From the IMG/VR virus record IMGVR_UViG_3300027969_002800, positions 52,994 to 116,993 of that record: a stretch of 64,000 nucleotides of DNA; one strand, given 5' to 3'. Of the stretch, positions 19,237 through 29,602 are shown one piece after another (within the stretch, counting starts at the first letter, position 1; the number at the start of each line of letters is the position of its first letter). The position numbers and the translations under genes are program-made. This stretch comes from a virus. The notes under the pieces were generated by a model, which was given only the letters and a program-made list of their open reading frames with translations, did not search any database and was not told the DNA's origin.

Positions 19237-20751
19237 CTACTTAATCGTGTTCACACGATTGGTAATCTTAGCTTTCATTTCACTAAGATTCAATACAATA
19301 GCATTGATCTCTGCTGCTGATATAGAAGGCATGTTGAACTCATGTTTCTTAGCTTCAGTTGCAAATCCTTCTTTCGCTTTTTCAGCTAAGCTTTCCAATT
19401 CACGAATAGCATATTGCTCATCCAATTGTAAGAAATCAAAGCTTCTATCATTCATGATTTGATCTGCTTCAGCAACAGTGGTTAACATGAATGGAAGATA
19501 TTCCCAACATCTACCTTTCTCTGTACCAATACCAACCACTTTCATAGGATTATGAAGAGTCATAACTGTAGTATCACCACAAAGAACATAAGGAGCTGTG
19601 TATCCTGCAAAGTGAAGACCTGCTGTAGCACAATCTTGTGTACTCCAGTTACATTCTTCTTTAGGCATGCTTACAACTTGTCCTACACGAATGTCAAATG
19701 TTTGAGTCCAGTTATCAGTGAATCTATTCTCTTCTCTATTAGGAAGATCTAGATAGATTTCTGTAAGTGTACCAATTCTTTGTCCATGGTCTATAGGCCA
19801 TTCTTCATCATAAGTATATTCTTCCACCTCACCTGTTCCATCACATCTTTCACACTCTACCCATTCTCCATCTTCCCAAGATTCTTCATCTTCCCATCCA
19901 CCATCACCTAAACAATCAGGACATGTTGTAGATGTATGAGTTTCTGTTTTAGTTAGGTTGTCTTTATGTACAAGTTTGTATTCTCCTTCTTCTAAGAAGA
20001 TTGTATAATCATCTGGGTTCTTCTTCCACACAGCTTTCACTTTGTTGTAAGCATTACTTACAAAGTATACAAGCTCTGGAGAACCATGGAGTGTTACAAC
20101 ATTTCTAAGAGCTACAAAGAATCCTTGTTTAGTGATTTTGAAACTATTATCTGTTAAGAATCTGTATAGTTCATTAGCAACCTCAGCTCTTGGATTAAGA
20201 CAACACCACATAAAGAAGTTTTTATGGGCCATGTAATCATCATCATTGTTAAGAGCTTCTTGAATGTCTCCAAATCCTGTATAATAACTCACTCTATCAA
20301 CTATCTCAATGAATTTCTCCACAAGCAATTGAGGCATACTTCTAGATGTTCCTGTTAGATAAACAGAATTACCTTCTACAATGAAATCAGGAAGACTAGC
20401 AAGTGATTCTATTCCTTTCTGTAGAGCTTTGATTCTAGCTGCTTCAGCTTTTGCTTTCTCTACATCAGCTGCAACATCTCTAGAACCTATGATAGCATGT
20501 ATTTCATATGCATCTTTAGCTTCTATAACAGCATAGTAATCTTCTTCTGTTGCTCCAGGCTTACTTAATACACTTCCATCAACAAGGACCACTGTAAGTG
20601 TGTCATTAGCTATTTGAACTCTAAGATAGGGAGTCACCTTTGGTGTTTCCTCTTCCTGCATTAATTGTTCTAACTTCTCAGCTACCACTTTAGTAATTGC
20701 AGATTCTGCTGTTTGCTTGAACCAGTCAAGACTTAAAAATTTGTTTTCCAT
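19237..20751 (-). CDS. rIIB-like protein with an inserted DnaJ-type zinc finger
   Basis: LNP...ELYRFL...ITKQGFFVALRNV; GQVVSMP..C...C..GLH; KGRCWEY; CPDCLGDG/CERCDGTG; lies downstream of rIIA. Confidence 0.78.
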   Translation of the reverse strand: MENKFLSLDWFKQTAESAITKVVAEKLEQLMQEEETPKVTPYLRVQIANDTLTVVLVDGSVLSKPGATEEDYYAVIEAKDAYEIHAIIGSRDVAADVEKAKAEAARIKALQKGIESLASLPDFIVEGNSVYLTGTSRSMPQLLVEKFIEIVDRVSYYTGFGDIQEALNNDDDYMAHKNFFMWCCLNPRAEVANELYRFLTDNSFKITKQGFFVALRNVVTLHGSPELVYFVSNAYNKVKAVWKKNPDDYTIFLEEGEYKLVHKDNLTKTETHTSTTCPDCLGDGGWEDEESWEDGEWVECERCDGTGEVEEYTYDEEWPIDHGQRIGTLTEIYLDLPNREENRFTDNWTQTFDIRVGQVVSMPKEECNWSTQDCATAGLHFAGYTAPYVLCGDTTVMTLHNPMKVVGIGTEKGRCWEYLPFMLTTVAEADQIMNDRSFDFLQLDEQYAIRELESLAEKAKEGFATEAKKHEFNMPSISAAEINAIVLNLSEMKAKITNRVNTIK

Positions 20752-20812
20752 TTTATTTATTTATTTAATTGTTACTTGTTAAAGAGAGGGACACGAATGT
20801 CCCTCTGTTAAA

Positions 20813-23110
20813 TTATACTAATTCTTCTAAACTAGCTTCTGTTAATACTTCATCATTTATTCTAATTTTATAATGCTCAAGATTCACTCTATGTTTGTGA
20901 TATTTGAACAAGTCAGTCATCAAGTTGCACAATGGATCTTCTGCATTATAATAACCCATTCTTGAACACAAAGGATTCAAGAAATACAATTTATCAAGCA
21001 AAGCTTTCATCTCTAGATACTCTGTGTATATTAATGGATCAAACAGATTGTGTTGTTCTGCTACAGATAACATTGATTTAACTAATGCTGGATCACTTGT
21101 TACATAATTCAAACGCTTATATTGAACTAGCTTCTCTAGTTTATCACCTAAATCTTTAGAAGTGTAAGCAATCATTTTTGCTTTATCAAATACATATCTA
21201 TTTTTCTCAATTAGTTCATATACTAGCACTGATGTAATCATTCTTTTGAATGGTGCATTCTTTCCTTCCATAAATTTATCATATGATATTAAATTGTGTA
21301 TCTCTAGTTGATTAACTATCTTTAGTTCTCTGTCTGAAAATGTAACCACTTCCATCACTTGCTTTTGCATCATTGCATAAAGAGCATCGAGTTTCAATGA
21401 ATCTTCATGTTTAGCATACACAATCACTTCTTTACGTTTATGTAACTCTTCCAGTTTATACAATTGAGAATCAAACTTACAGTTTCTACCATTGCTATAT
21501 CTAGCTAATGGAACACCTTTCTTACATACAATCTCTCCTTGAATCTTAAGTCTTTTACCACTAGCTACACCAGCTGTACTAACCTTCACTTTCTTTCTAC
21601 TATCAATAAATGATTGTGTTACATAAATTGAATCTAGATCAATGAAGTTTGCTTCAATAAGAGATAGAACATATTGATATTCCTTAATCACTTGTCTCCA
21701 CTCATGTCTTTTATACTGATGCAATTGTAATCTGTGGTAGTAGGTATCTGAATCATAGTTGCTAGGTTTACCTAGCTTCATAGGTTTATTTCGTTTAACA
21801 AAACATTGTTGAACATCTGTTCTGCATATAGATTTCATATAGTCTTTCTTCAATTGAGAAATTCTATCTTCATATAAATACACATTAACCTTACCATTAC
21901 ATATGTTCTCTATGTTATATCCCCAAACATAATGCTTAGTGGCATCCTTCATCTTCTTATCCTTCAATGTGAATTTAAGGACATATGCACTATCTATCAT
22001 GTGTGACTTAGTTCTACCATATACAGAAGGGAAATCTAGTAGAGTTACACCTTTTAGTTCTGGGACAGCTGCTTTAATAGTGGCATATTTAATCAAAGGA
22101 CTAATACTAAGTGTTCTATTATTTACCATTTCAACAAAATGTCCACTCTTTTCCAAGTAATTAATCATAGATTTGATATCATCACTCTTGATTACAGTTT
22201 CATTATACTTACCAATAAAATAATCTGCTACCTCTGCAAGTTTCTTCTTGATGATGTCTTTAGCTTCCTGTGTATATCTTAATGATTCTCTGTTTGGTGT
22301 AGGGAATAACCCATCACTTAGTGAAAATCTAAGAGCTATAGGAAACTCAAGTCTGTCTATTCCAAGTTTTTCAAAGTCAAGTGGATAATATACATTGTCC
22401 AAACAGATGTGTAACTTGTTATCTGTATTCATTTCAGAGAATTGAAAGTGTGTGTGTCTACTAATAACAAAATCATTAGTGATGCTTGAATCTTCTGGTA
22501 CATCAAAATACACACTCTCGAAATAACACAATTGTTCTTTAATCTTTCTTTGGAAGTTATACTTATCACCATACTTAACAGGAATAATAATCTTTACACC
22601 ATTAGCTTCTGTTGTTTCTGTTTCATATAAAAGATCAATAGTGTTAGTATCTTCTCCTTCATACATCATATACTTACGTTCCATACCATCTTTTCTACAT
22701 ACAAAATAGAAACTACTAGAATATGCTAGAGGGGCCTTGAAACCAAGACCCATCATACCTAATTCTGTAGCACTATTTCTCTTAGTAGACTTACCATACT
22801 TACTAATGATGTTACGTACATCATCAGCATCTAGGCCTATACCAAAATCTTCTACACAAAACTCATAATTGTTATATGATGCAGCTTTTAGTGAAACTAT
22901 AATTGGTGTGTCTACACCAGCTCTTCTATGACTATCTAGAGCATTACTTGCGCATTCTCTAATAGCTGAGCCTATATCATCAGAATATAAATTCTTACTT
23001 AACATCTGCATCAATATCTGTGCAGAATCTAAGTCTAAAGACATACCAATACTTTCTTGTGTTTGTCCTTCTGTTAGGACGTGTGCTTCTGTCTGTTTTT
23101 CTAATATCAT
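20813..23110 (-). CDS. rIIA-like protein with GHKL ATPase domain
   Basis: LYSD..AIRE.ASNALDS, VEDFGIGL, YGKSTK, GMMGLGFKAP, PNRESL.YT. Confidence 0.85.
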   Translation of the reverse strand: MILEKQTEAHVLTEGQTQESIGMSLDLDSAQILMQMLSKNLYSDDIGSAIRECASNALDSHRRAGVDTPIIVSLKAASYNNYEFCVEDFGIGLDADDVRNIISKYGKSTKRNSATELGMMGLGFKAPLAYSSSFYFVCRKDGMERKYMMYEGEDTNTIDLLYETETTEANGVKIIIPVKYGDKYNFQRKIKEQLCYFESVYFDVPEDSSITNDFVISRHTHFQFSEMNTDNKLHICLDNVYYPLDFEKLGIDRLEFPIALRFSLSDGLFPTPNRESLRYTQEAKDIIKKKLAEVADYFIGKYNETVIKSDDIKSMINYLEKSGHFVEMVNNRTLSISPLIKYATIKAAVPELKGVTLLDFPSVYGRTKSHMIDSAYVLKFTLKDKKMKDATKHYVWGYNIENICNGKVNVYLYEDRISQLKKDYMKSICRTDVQQCFVKRNKPMKLGKPSNYDSDTYYHRLQLHQYKRHEWRQVIKEYQYVLSLIEANFIDLDSIYVTQSFIDSRKKVKVSTAGVASGKRLKIQGEIVCKKGVPLARYSNGRNCKFDSQLYKLEELHKRKEVIVYAKHEDSLKLDALYAMMQKQVMEVVTFSDRELKIVNQLEIHNLISYDKFMEGKNAPFKRMITSVLVYELIEKNRYVFDKAKMIAYTSKDLGDKLEKLVQYKRLNYVTSDPALVKSMLSVAEQHNLFDPLIYTEYLEMKALLDKLYFLNPLCSRMGYYNAEDPLCNLMTDLFKYHKHRVNLEHYKIRINDEVLTEASLEELV

Positions 23111-23111
23111 G

Positions 23112-23477
23112 TTATATAAATTTAATTTGTTCTAAAATTTGTCTTGATTCTATATATCTATTTAAGTCTTCTGGTTCTGTAAATAAACTTTCTGGGTTTT
23201 CTATTTTCATCACTCTCCATTTCCAATCCATTATATATGATTTTGCTATCCAGCTTTTATCAAACTCTTCTGAATTAGCTTTATCATGATCTCTATATGC
23301 TGCATCAGCTTTTACTCTGTTATACTGATCTAAAGATGACGCAGGCCAATGTGTTTCATAAAATTGTAATGTATTAGTACCTTCTCCACAATACCAACCA
23401 AGTGTAAATCCACTTGAATAACTAATAGCTATAAAGTCTCCTATTTGGAGATCACCTCCATAATTTACTGTTCTCAT
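23112..23477 (-). CDS. Hypothetical protein
   Basis: ORF in operon. Confidence 0.6.
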   Translation of the reverse strand: MRTVNYGGDLQIGDFIAISYSSGFTLGWYCGEGTNTLQFYETHWPASSLDQYNRVKADAAYRDHDKANSEEFDKSWIAKSYIMDWKWRVMKIENPESLFTEPEDLNRYIESRQILEQIKFI

Positions 23478-23818
23478 ATTGTTTCTCTTTTTACTAACCA
23501 GATTTGTTTGAAGTTTAAATCAAACTTCTCAATAGGACTATCCTGTTCAGGAGCTTCTATTTTATATTTTTTAATATCATATGTATAAGGAACACTCCGT
23601 TGTAATATATGATCAAATTTAGAAGCACTTCTTTGTGTAATATCTACATTAACTTTACATTTTACATTTATGTATCTATCTACAAGTGGTTGCCATTGAT
23701 AGACTGTTTTACTTCTTCTAGGAACTTCCACCAATTTTAAATACTTAGGCTGTTGCGTAAGTGTTAAGATTTCATCTCCTATTTCAAGCTCTTCTATGTT
23801 TATTAATTGATTTTCCAT
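23474..23818 (-). CDS. Hypothetical protein
   Basis: ORF in operon. Confidence 0.6.
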   Translation of the reverse strand: MENQLINIEELEIGDEILTLTQQPKYLKLVEVPRRSKTVYQWQPLVDRYINVKCKVNVDITQRSASKFDHILQRSVPYTYDIKKYKIEAPEQDSPIEKFDLNFKQIWLVKRETI

Positions 23819-23821
23819 AAT

Positions 23822-24040
23822 CTATAATGAGTTAAGTAATTCTTCTTTTGTTTTAAATATTTCTCTTTCGTAAAATGTAGGACTGTTCCCATTATACCCT
23901 TCAATGGTATATCTGTCTTGATAAGTCATAATTTTCATTATTTTACCTGGATCAACTTCATAAATAACACATTCTTTTGGTCTATTACCAATCATTATCC
24001 ATACTGTATCTCCTGGATCATATTTTGTTTCTATTTTCAT
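23822..24040 (-). CDS. Hypothetical phage protein
   Basis: MKIETKY..GD.VW...F.TKEELL.SL. Confidence 0.65.
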   Translation of the reverse strand: MKIETKYDPGDTVWIMIGNRPKECVIYEVDPGKIMKIMTYQDRYTIEGYNGNSPTFYEREIFKTKEELLNSL

Positions 24041-24049
24041 ATTGTTAAA

Positions 24050-24513
24050 TTAAAAGGGCACATCTATTGGCACCCATTGTACACTAAATCCATTGTTTTC
24101 TTCTAATAGCACATCCACTTTACTGAACACACCTTCTGTATCCCATTCAGAATGTTTATATGCAGCACTGGCTGGATGACTAAGCTCAAACACATGAGTA
24201 AATATCCCTGTGTATTTTTTATATCTAGCTGCATCCTTACCAAGAAACACAATTGGCACTCCTAAGTGATTTATTATTTCCTCAAACAGATATTTAACAA
24301 GTGGTTCCCATGCATCTAGATGACTTCCTGCTTTGTTAATCTCTGTTGTTAGAGCTGCATTGAACATAAGAACACCCTGATGAGCCAAATGACTAACATC
24401 TGGATCTTTAATAATATCAAAGTTCAATCCATTATAATATTCTCTCTCTATGCCCATATAGAAATGTTCTAATGTAGGCTGTAATTGTTCTGTAATAGAA
24501 CATCCCATTAATA
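24050..24513 (-). CDS. ung: Uracil-DNA glycosylase family 1, exon 2
   Basis: AHQGVLMFNAALT, AGSH..W, VFLGK.A, SHPAS. Confidence 0.85.
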
Positions 24514-25371
24514 CATTTGTTAACTCTAAAGCTCTTTATCCTTAGATTCTGCATCTTTTTTTTTTAGATTATACATGCAGTTCAGACTATATCATCAATT
24601 TCTACTCAATCAGAGGAAATTGTCCTGCGCTCGTGGTGTTTTACCATCTTCAGCATTACCTGTTAAGACTCCTTACACTAGTCGTTGAACCTTCTAATTA
24701 TTTCTAACTAGCTTGGCTGCTGATTGTCTATCTCTAGATTTTCCAGCAATTCACAGGATTTATCATGGACTATTAAATAATTATAAGCTGCTAGTAAAAT
24801 TTCTTTATTGTCTTTAAGGAATCCTAATCCTCTGTTACAGCTATTACATAATAAACCTCTAACCTTGTTTGTTGAATGATCGTGATCTATGCATAAAGTT
24901 GTAGCTCTCATTTTTTCTGTATCAGATATTTTTAATGATTTTTTACATATAGCACAACTTTTATTTTGATTTTCAAACATTTTCATAAATGTTTTTTTAT
25001 CTAAACCATAACTTTTTATTCTAGAAAGTCTAGATTTAGATTTATTACATTTTTTACAAGAGTAATTATTACCTGCACAACTAAACGTAGAAACACAATT
25101 ATTAAAGTTAGATAAAGGAAGTTCTAATTTGCAAGTTGGACATATAAAATTACCATTACTAATAGCAATTTTTCTCTTATCTCTAAATAATTCCACTTCA
25201 GATTTTTCTCCCTTACTTACTCTAATATTTCTAGTTATTGATGCTTTTCTACAAGAAATACATGTAGTATAACATTTGTTTTTTATTTTTCCTAAAAACA
25301 ATTTATTTTCTTTTTCTACTTTACAACGTGTACATTTTTTCATATACAAATATAATCATTTTAACTGGTTA
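24514..25371 (-). mobile_element. Group I self-splicing intron (858 nt) in ung
   Basis: Minus strand P AATTGCTGGAAA, Q AATCAGCAGCC, R GTTCAACGACTAG, S GATATAGTCTGA; exon 1 ends in U, intron ends in G; splicing restores the frame (ADGLLMGCS). Confidence 0.92.
24708..25343 (-). CDS. Intron-encoded endonuclease VII-type HNH homing endonuclease
   Basis: YGL...M...Q...CAIC...IDHDH..KVRGLLCNSCNRGLG; C-terminus ELLEN..NQQPS runs through intron P/Q. Confidence 0.9.
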   Translation of the reverse strand: MKKCTRCKVEKENKLFLGKIKNKCYTTCISCRKASITRNIRVSKGEKSEVELFRDKRKIAISNGNFICPTCKLELPLSNFNNCVSTFSCAGNNYSCKKCNKSKSRLSRIKSYGLDKKTFMKMFENQNKSCAICKKSLKISDTEKMRATTLCIDHDHSTNKVRGLLCNSCNRGLGFLKDNKEILLAAYNYLIVHDKSCELLENLEIDNQQPS

Positions 25372-25627
25372 ATCCATCTGCAACAGGCGCATCATTCTTA
25401 AGTGTGTGATATGGACATAAGCCTACCATCACAACCTTTAGTTCATCTAATGGTGTCTCTAAGAAACATCTCCAAACATGCATAGAGAGAGGAGCAACTC
25501 GCTTGCCCCTCTTACTCTCTGCTTTTAGGAATGCATATATCTTATCACACTGCTCACTCTCTATAAATGGACGCATTTTAGCATGCCATGATGGGTGAAA
25601 CTGATGTTTAAAATTGCTCCAATTCAT
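25372..25627 (-). CDS. ung: Uracil-DNA glycosylase family 1, exon 1
   Basis: TPLDELKVVMVGLCPYH...ADGL. Confidence 0.85.
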
Positions 25628-25796
25628 CTTCTTCTATTAATTGTCTAATTGATTCTTTACATAGTTCTATTTCATGTGTAGGAGAACCTCCTTCTTCTAT
25701 TTCATCTTGACACAAAGAAACAAAGTCCCATATTTCATCAAACTTATTTGGGTGCTCATTCTTTAATGATCTAGCCCATTGTACTAGCTCTTCCAT
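25608..25796 (-). CDS. Hypothetical protein
   Basis: ORF coupled to neighbours. Confidence 0.55.
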   Translation of the reverse strand: MEELVQWARSLKNEHPNKFDEIWDFVSLCQDEIEEGGSPTHEIELCKESIRQLIEEDELEQF

Positions 25797-26563
25797 TACG
25801 CTACAAATAATTCTAATTGGTTACCAGCTGGTATAACTAATTCTTGTTTAGATGTAATAATATCTGCTGCTCCTGTAAAGAAACTATGAGCATCAATATG
25901 ATTGTTCATCCATAAGCTTGGGTGCACTTGTTTCATACTAAATGTTGTAAACTGATAAAGCTCCCATAATGAATTGCTAGCATTGTAATCATGAGTTGGT
26001 TTATCCAATTCTCTCTTAATGATGTTCAATTGTGTTGATTCAATGAATTGCTCTTCAATGTACATTCTACCAATCAATTCAGCTTGTGCTCTTTTATCAA
26101 GATCAATAGATTTCATAGCTTCTCTCTCCACTTGCATCTTTATAAATGCTTCTCCTGCTCTCTTGATATATTCTACAATAGCTTGTGGTGTGAATGTTTG
26201 TATTTCTCCTTGGTGTTTCTTTTTGAATGCACCATAATCACCACTAACACATCCATTCTCACAAATGAATATTCTTGTACCAATAGCAAACTTCAGTGAT
26301 AGAGATTTATCATAGCTATTCTGCCATCCTATTTGTAATTGCATTTCACTATCTGCCACATTTTTAATTGTGAACTTACCATTAGCAACCCTACCCTCTT
26401 TTGCAGAGGTGTATAGTTCTTGGTCTAGAACAAATCCTGATTGATGTATACTCTCAAGTGTGAGGTCCATCAGTTGTTCATGTGAAACTGGTTTGTAAGT
26501 TTTAGTCTGTTGAGGGATTGGTGCTGCTAGCAACATTCCTCTTGCTGTGTTGTAATTTTCCAT
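25796..26563 (-). CDS. DUF932/DUF945-like protein
   Basis: YKPVSH, NSYDKS, RIFICENG, SLWELY. Confidence 0.7.
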   Translation of the reverse strand: MENYNTARGMLLAAPIPQQTKTYKPVSHEQLMDLTLESIHQSGFVLDQELYTSAKEGRVANGKFTIKNVADSEMQLQIGWQNSYDKSLSLKFAIGTRIFICENGCVSGDYGAFKKKHQGEIQTFTPQAIVEYIKRAGEAFIKMQVEREAMKSIDLDKRAQAELIGRMYIEEQFIESTQLNIIKRELDKPTHDYNASNSLWELYQFTTFSMKQVHPSLWMNNHIDAHSFFTGAADIITSKQELVIPAGNQLELFVA

Positions 26564-26745
26564 GTTATTTTATCCTAATGTTAATGATACGTTCCTATGA
26601 AAGAACCTTGTTAATATTCCTTCTAAATTCTCTATTCCTATACATTCCACTGTTCCTAATGTTTCACCATCTTCTGTAGTGGATAACCATTCAATATTCT
26701 CTTTAATCTCTTCTTCGAGTATTTCTAACTCGTCATCTGTTACTC

Positions 26746-26967
26746 TCATAATGTTTGTTTATAAATTTCTAATAGTTCTTTTCTGTTTCTATACTTATAC
26801 TTATTATACTCTTTGCCTTCTGATTCAATACACCACTCTGCAAATCCAATAGCAAATTCATCTGCTATTTCTACCATTTTATCTACTGATTCAGAAACTT
26901 CTTCTGCCTCTACTATAGGTTCAGTAGTCCAAATGTACTCATTATATAATTTTTCTTTTAGTGTCAT
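26746..26967 (-). CDS. Hypothetical protein
   Basis: IADEFAIGFAEW...ELLEIYK. Confidence 0.6.
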   Translation of the reverse strand: MTLKEKLYNEYIWTTEPIVEAEEVSESVDKMVEIADEFAIGFAEWCIESEGKEYNKYKYRNRKELLEIYKQTL

Positions 26968-26970
26968 AAT

Positions 26971-27369
26971 TTAATATTCTAAAATTCCTGAATCTCTAAT
27001 TGCTTCATAAAGCTCTTTCTTCTGTGGAGGGAATAACACTGTAGCATCAATCAGAGCTTCTAAATATCTCTTTCTGGATGATATATCTAATATGTTATTC
27101 ACCTTAAGTGCACTATCTATTCTATTTGATAGTTCCATTATCACTGTAGCTCCTCTTTTGAAATGTTCTGCATCTTCCTCATCTCTCACTTCAATAAGTT
27201 TACCTACATAGCCTTCAATGTGTGGAATAGTTTGTTTAAGAGACTGTTTAGCTCTATGTGTAAACAAATTATTCTCATTCATTGTTTCAAATCTCTCTAA
27301 TAATGCAACAGAGAGGGATAAGCTCTCTATCACTATATCATTTAGTTCATCTGATGTTAATTTGCTCAT
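26971..27369 (-). CDS. Hypothetical protein
   Basis: ORF in operon. Confidence 0.6.
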   Translation of the reverse strand: MSKLTSDELNDIVIESLSLSVALLERFETMNENNLFTHRAKQSLKQTIPHIEGYVGKLIEVRDEEDAEHFKRGATVIMELSNRIDSALKVNNILDISSRKRYLEALIDATVLFPPQKKELYEAIRDSGILEY

Positions 27370-27584
27370 AATATTTGATATTGTTTAGCAAAATAATCTA
27401 CAACTTCTGGTATATGTTTTTTGTAATAAGGTTGATTATCCATACAAAATTCTTTAAGTTGTTGTTTATTAGTTATAGTCTTAAAATGGCTTTCACCACT
27501 TACTGCAATACTTACTAAATCATCTAATTCGTTTATAAAATCTTTTACTAACCAACCTTCCCAAATGTGTTTTTCTAAATTCAT
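27366..27584 (-). CDS. Hypothetical protein
   Basis: IWEGW.V.DFI...NQPYYKK. Confidence 0.6.
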   Translation of the reverse strand: MNLEKHIWEGWLVKDFINELDDLVSIAVSGESHFKTITNKQQLKEFCMDNQPYYKKHIPEVVDYFAKQYQIL

Positions 27585-28585
27585 ATTATTTCTCTTTGTG
27601 TTAAATATCTCTCAATTGTCTTTAATCCATGTGTTCTGGCAAGGTCTGCCCAATCTTTTATTCCTTCTTCTAGATAAATCTTTGGTACATTACAATACTC
27701 AAACCCAAACTTTTCTGTTATGAGTTGAGAATTCTTTACACCAGCTTCATCACTGTCAAAGGATAAGATTTGTGTGTCAGAGTTTTCTTTGATGTATTCT
27801 ACATTCTCTTCAGAGAAACATCCTAAGCCTTCATTCTGTACAGCACAACAACATGGCACAACCTTCTTCATCACCATATAATCCTTCTTACTCTTATTGA
27901 TGAATGCAACATCACAATCTTTTATATCTTGTAATCCATCCATCATTGTAATAGGAACATTGTTAGGCATCCATTTATTCTTCTTATCTGCAAATGGTCT
28001 GTAGATTTTCCAATAGCCCTCATATAGATAACCAAATCTAAGCTCAGTGTCCTTTAGAGGGAACTTCTGTTTGTTTAGATAGAGAGTGTCTATTGAATAC
28101 ACATTGTTAGCTCTAAGATCATCTATGTCCTGATAATATTCATTCCAATATGCTAGCTCTTCGTGTGTGAACTTTCTTGACTTCACTTGAATAAAGAATT
28201 CACGTTTGCTTAATAATGGTGGTTGCGTATATTCAGAAACAATTCTCTCATAGTTTTTTGTAGAAGAAGAATTAACAATACCAAGATCAAAATCTCTATC
28301 AATCATAAACAATGCTTCACTTAATGATGATAGATTGAATAGCATTACCACAAAATTAAAACATCCACCTCTTCTAGTAGAATCTGAAAAATCATGAAAT
28401 GTTAATGCTTTTCCTTTATATCCTATAATGAATGAAGGATTCTTCTCGTTTCTAAATGGTGAATAAGTAACAACATTTATCTTCCAGTTATCGTGAGGCA
28501 TATACATTCTGTATATATCATATTCAGATATCCTGCTCAGTATATTCTCACATGTTAGTTTTACTCTTCTTGTTCCTTTTATCAT
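27581..28585 (-). CDS. DNA primase (crAss-type DnaG/TOPRIM)
   Basis: SPFRNEKNPSF, KIYRP, KSKKD, FDSDEAG, KDWAD. Confidence 0.88.
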   Translation of the reverse strand: MIKGTRRVKLTCENILSRISEYDIYRMYMPHDNWKINVVTYSPFRNEKNPSFIIGYKGKALTFHDFSDSTRRGGCFNFVVMLFNLSSLSEALFMIDRDFDLGIVNSSSTKNYERIVSEYTQPPLLSKREFFIQVKSRKFTHEELAYWNEYYQDIDDLRANNVYSIDTLYLNKQKFPLKDTELRFGYLYEGYWKIYRPFADKKNKWMPNNVPITMMDGLQDIKDCDVAFINKSKKDYMVMKKVVPCCCAVQNEGLGCFSEENVEYIKENSDTQILSFDSDEAGVKNSQLITEKFGFEYCNVPKIYLEEGIKDWADLARTHGLKTIERYLTQREII

Positions 28586-28701
28586 AGCTCTAAATGTAAA
28601 TTATTGCTATTAGTACCAATTATTGGTACTTTTCGCAAACTATTACTAATAAAAAACCCTCTCCAAATTAATGAAGAGGGCTCTTACTAACAATAAATCA
28701 A

Positions 28702-29574
28702 TTAATAATCATCTCCATCTTCAGATATAAACGCATCAGAAGCAACTAAGTTATCATCTGTGTTATAATCTTGTAAATCTTTCAGGATGTAATAGTCTTT
28801 ACAACCATATTCTCCAACAACATTCACTACGAATTTCTCATGTGCTTTCAATTCTTTTGGTTTCTTATTCTTAAGATTATCTATTGTTTTTCTGTTTCCA
28901 TAATCAACAAGTCTAAATTGTTTAAGACCACCTCCATAAAGAAAAGCTTTGTTGTAGATTCCTTGATACTCTTTAGACTCACCATCACGTTCTTTAACTA
29001 TGACAGTAGCTAATGCACCCACTGGACCACACCATTCACCATTGATTTCATCTTTAAGTTGTTTCACATTACCTTTCATCAACTTCTTCCATTCTATTTC
29101 TAATGTTGTAGTTGCTTTACGATAATCTAATTCACACAACCATGTGCGTAAGAAGTTATAAAAATCTTCTTCACCTACATATGCAATTCTATAATCTCTA
29201 TCTTTCTTAAACCAATCAGCTAGATCATTCTCATCAGCTGCCCAAGAACACATACCAACATTATTGACATATTGATTCTTAGTACCATCTTTATTCTCAC
29301 GTTCTTTATCTTCTAAGAAGAAGCTCACTTTGAACTTATCTTTATTTTTAAGTTCTTCTAACCATATATCAACACGAAGATAGTTATTACCATCTTTGGT
29401 CTCACCTAAGTACTCAGCAGCTTTGCTGTCTTCTTTAAGTTCCATACCAAGTATGTCTTTAAACTCTTCGATTGTTGGATTAATAGCTACTACGTTTGCT
29501 TCAAACAAACCAACTTTTTTTCCGAAATCTCCACTTCCTGTGTTTTCTCTTTTACTTCCGCCAATTCCTGCCAT
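28702..29574 (-). CDS. Putative single-stranded DNA-binding/annealing protein
   Basis: Lies between the AAA ATPase and primase; acidic C-terminus EDGDDY. Confidence 0.5.
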   Translation of the reverse strand: MAGIGGSKRENTGSGDFGKKVGLFEANVVAINPTIEEFKDILGMELKEDSKAAEYLGETKDGNNYLRVDIWLEELKNKDKFKVSFFLEDKERENKDGTKNQYVNNVGMCSWAADENDLADWFKKDRDYRIAYVGEEDFYNFLRTWLCELDYRKATTTLEIEWKKLMKGNVKQLKDEINGEWCGPVGALATVIVKERDGESKEYQGIYNKAFLYGGGLKQFRLVDYGNRKTIDNLKNKKPKELKAHEKFVVNVVGEYGCKDYYILKDLQDYNTDDNLVASDAFISEDGDDY

Positions 29575-29602
29575 AATTTTGATTTTTAATTTATTTATTT
29601 AG

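Noticed and set aside
24050-25627. ung pseudogene or two separate genes
   Set aside because: Explained by a group I intron whose removal restores the frame
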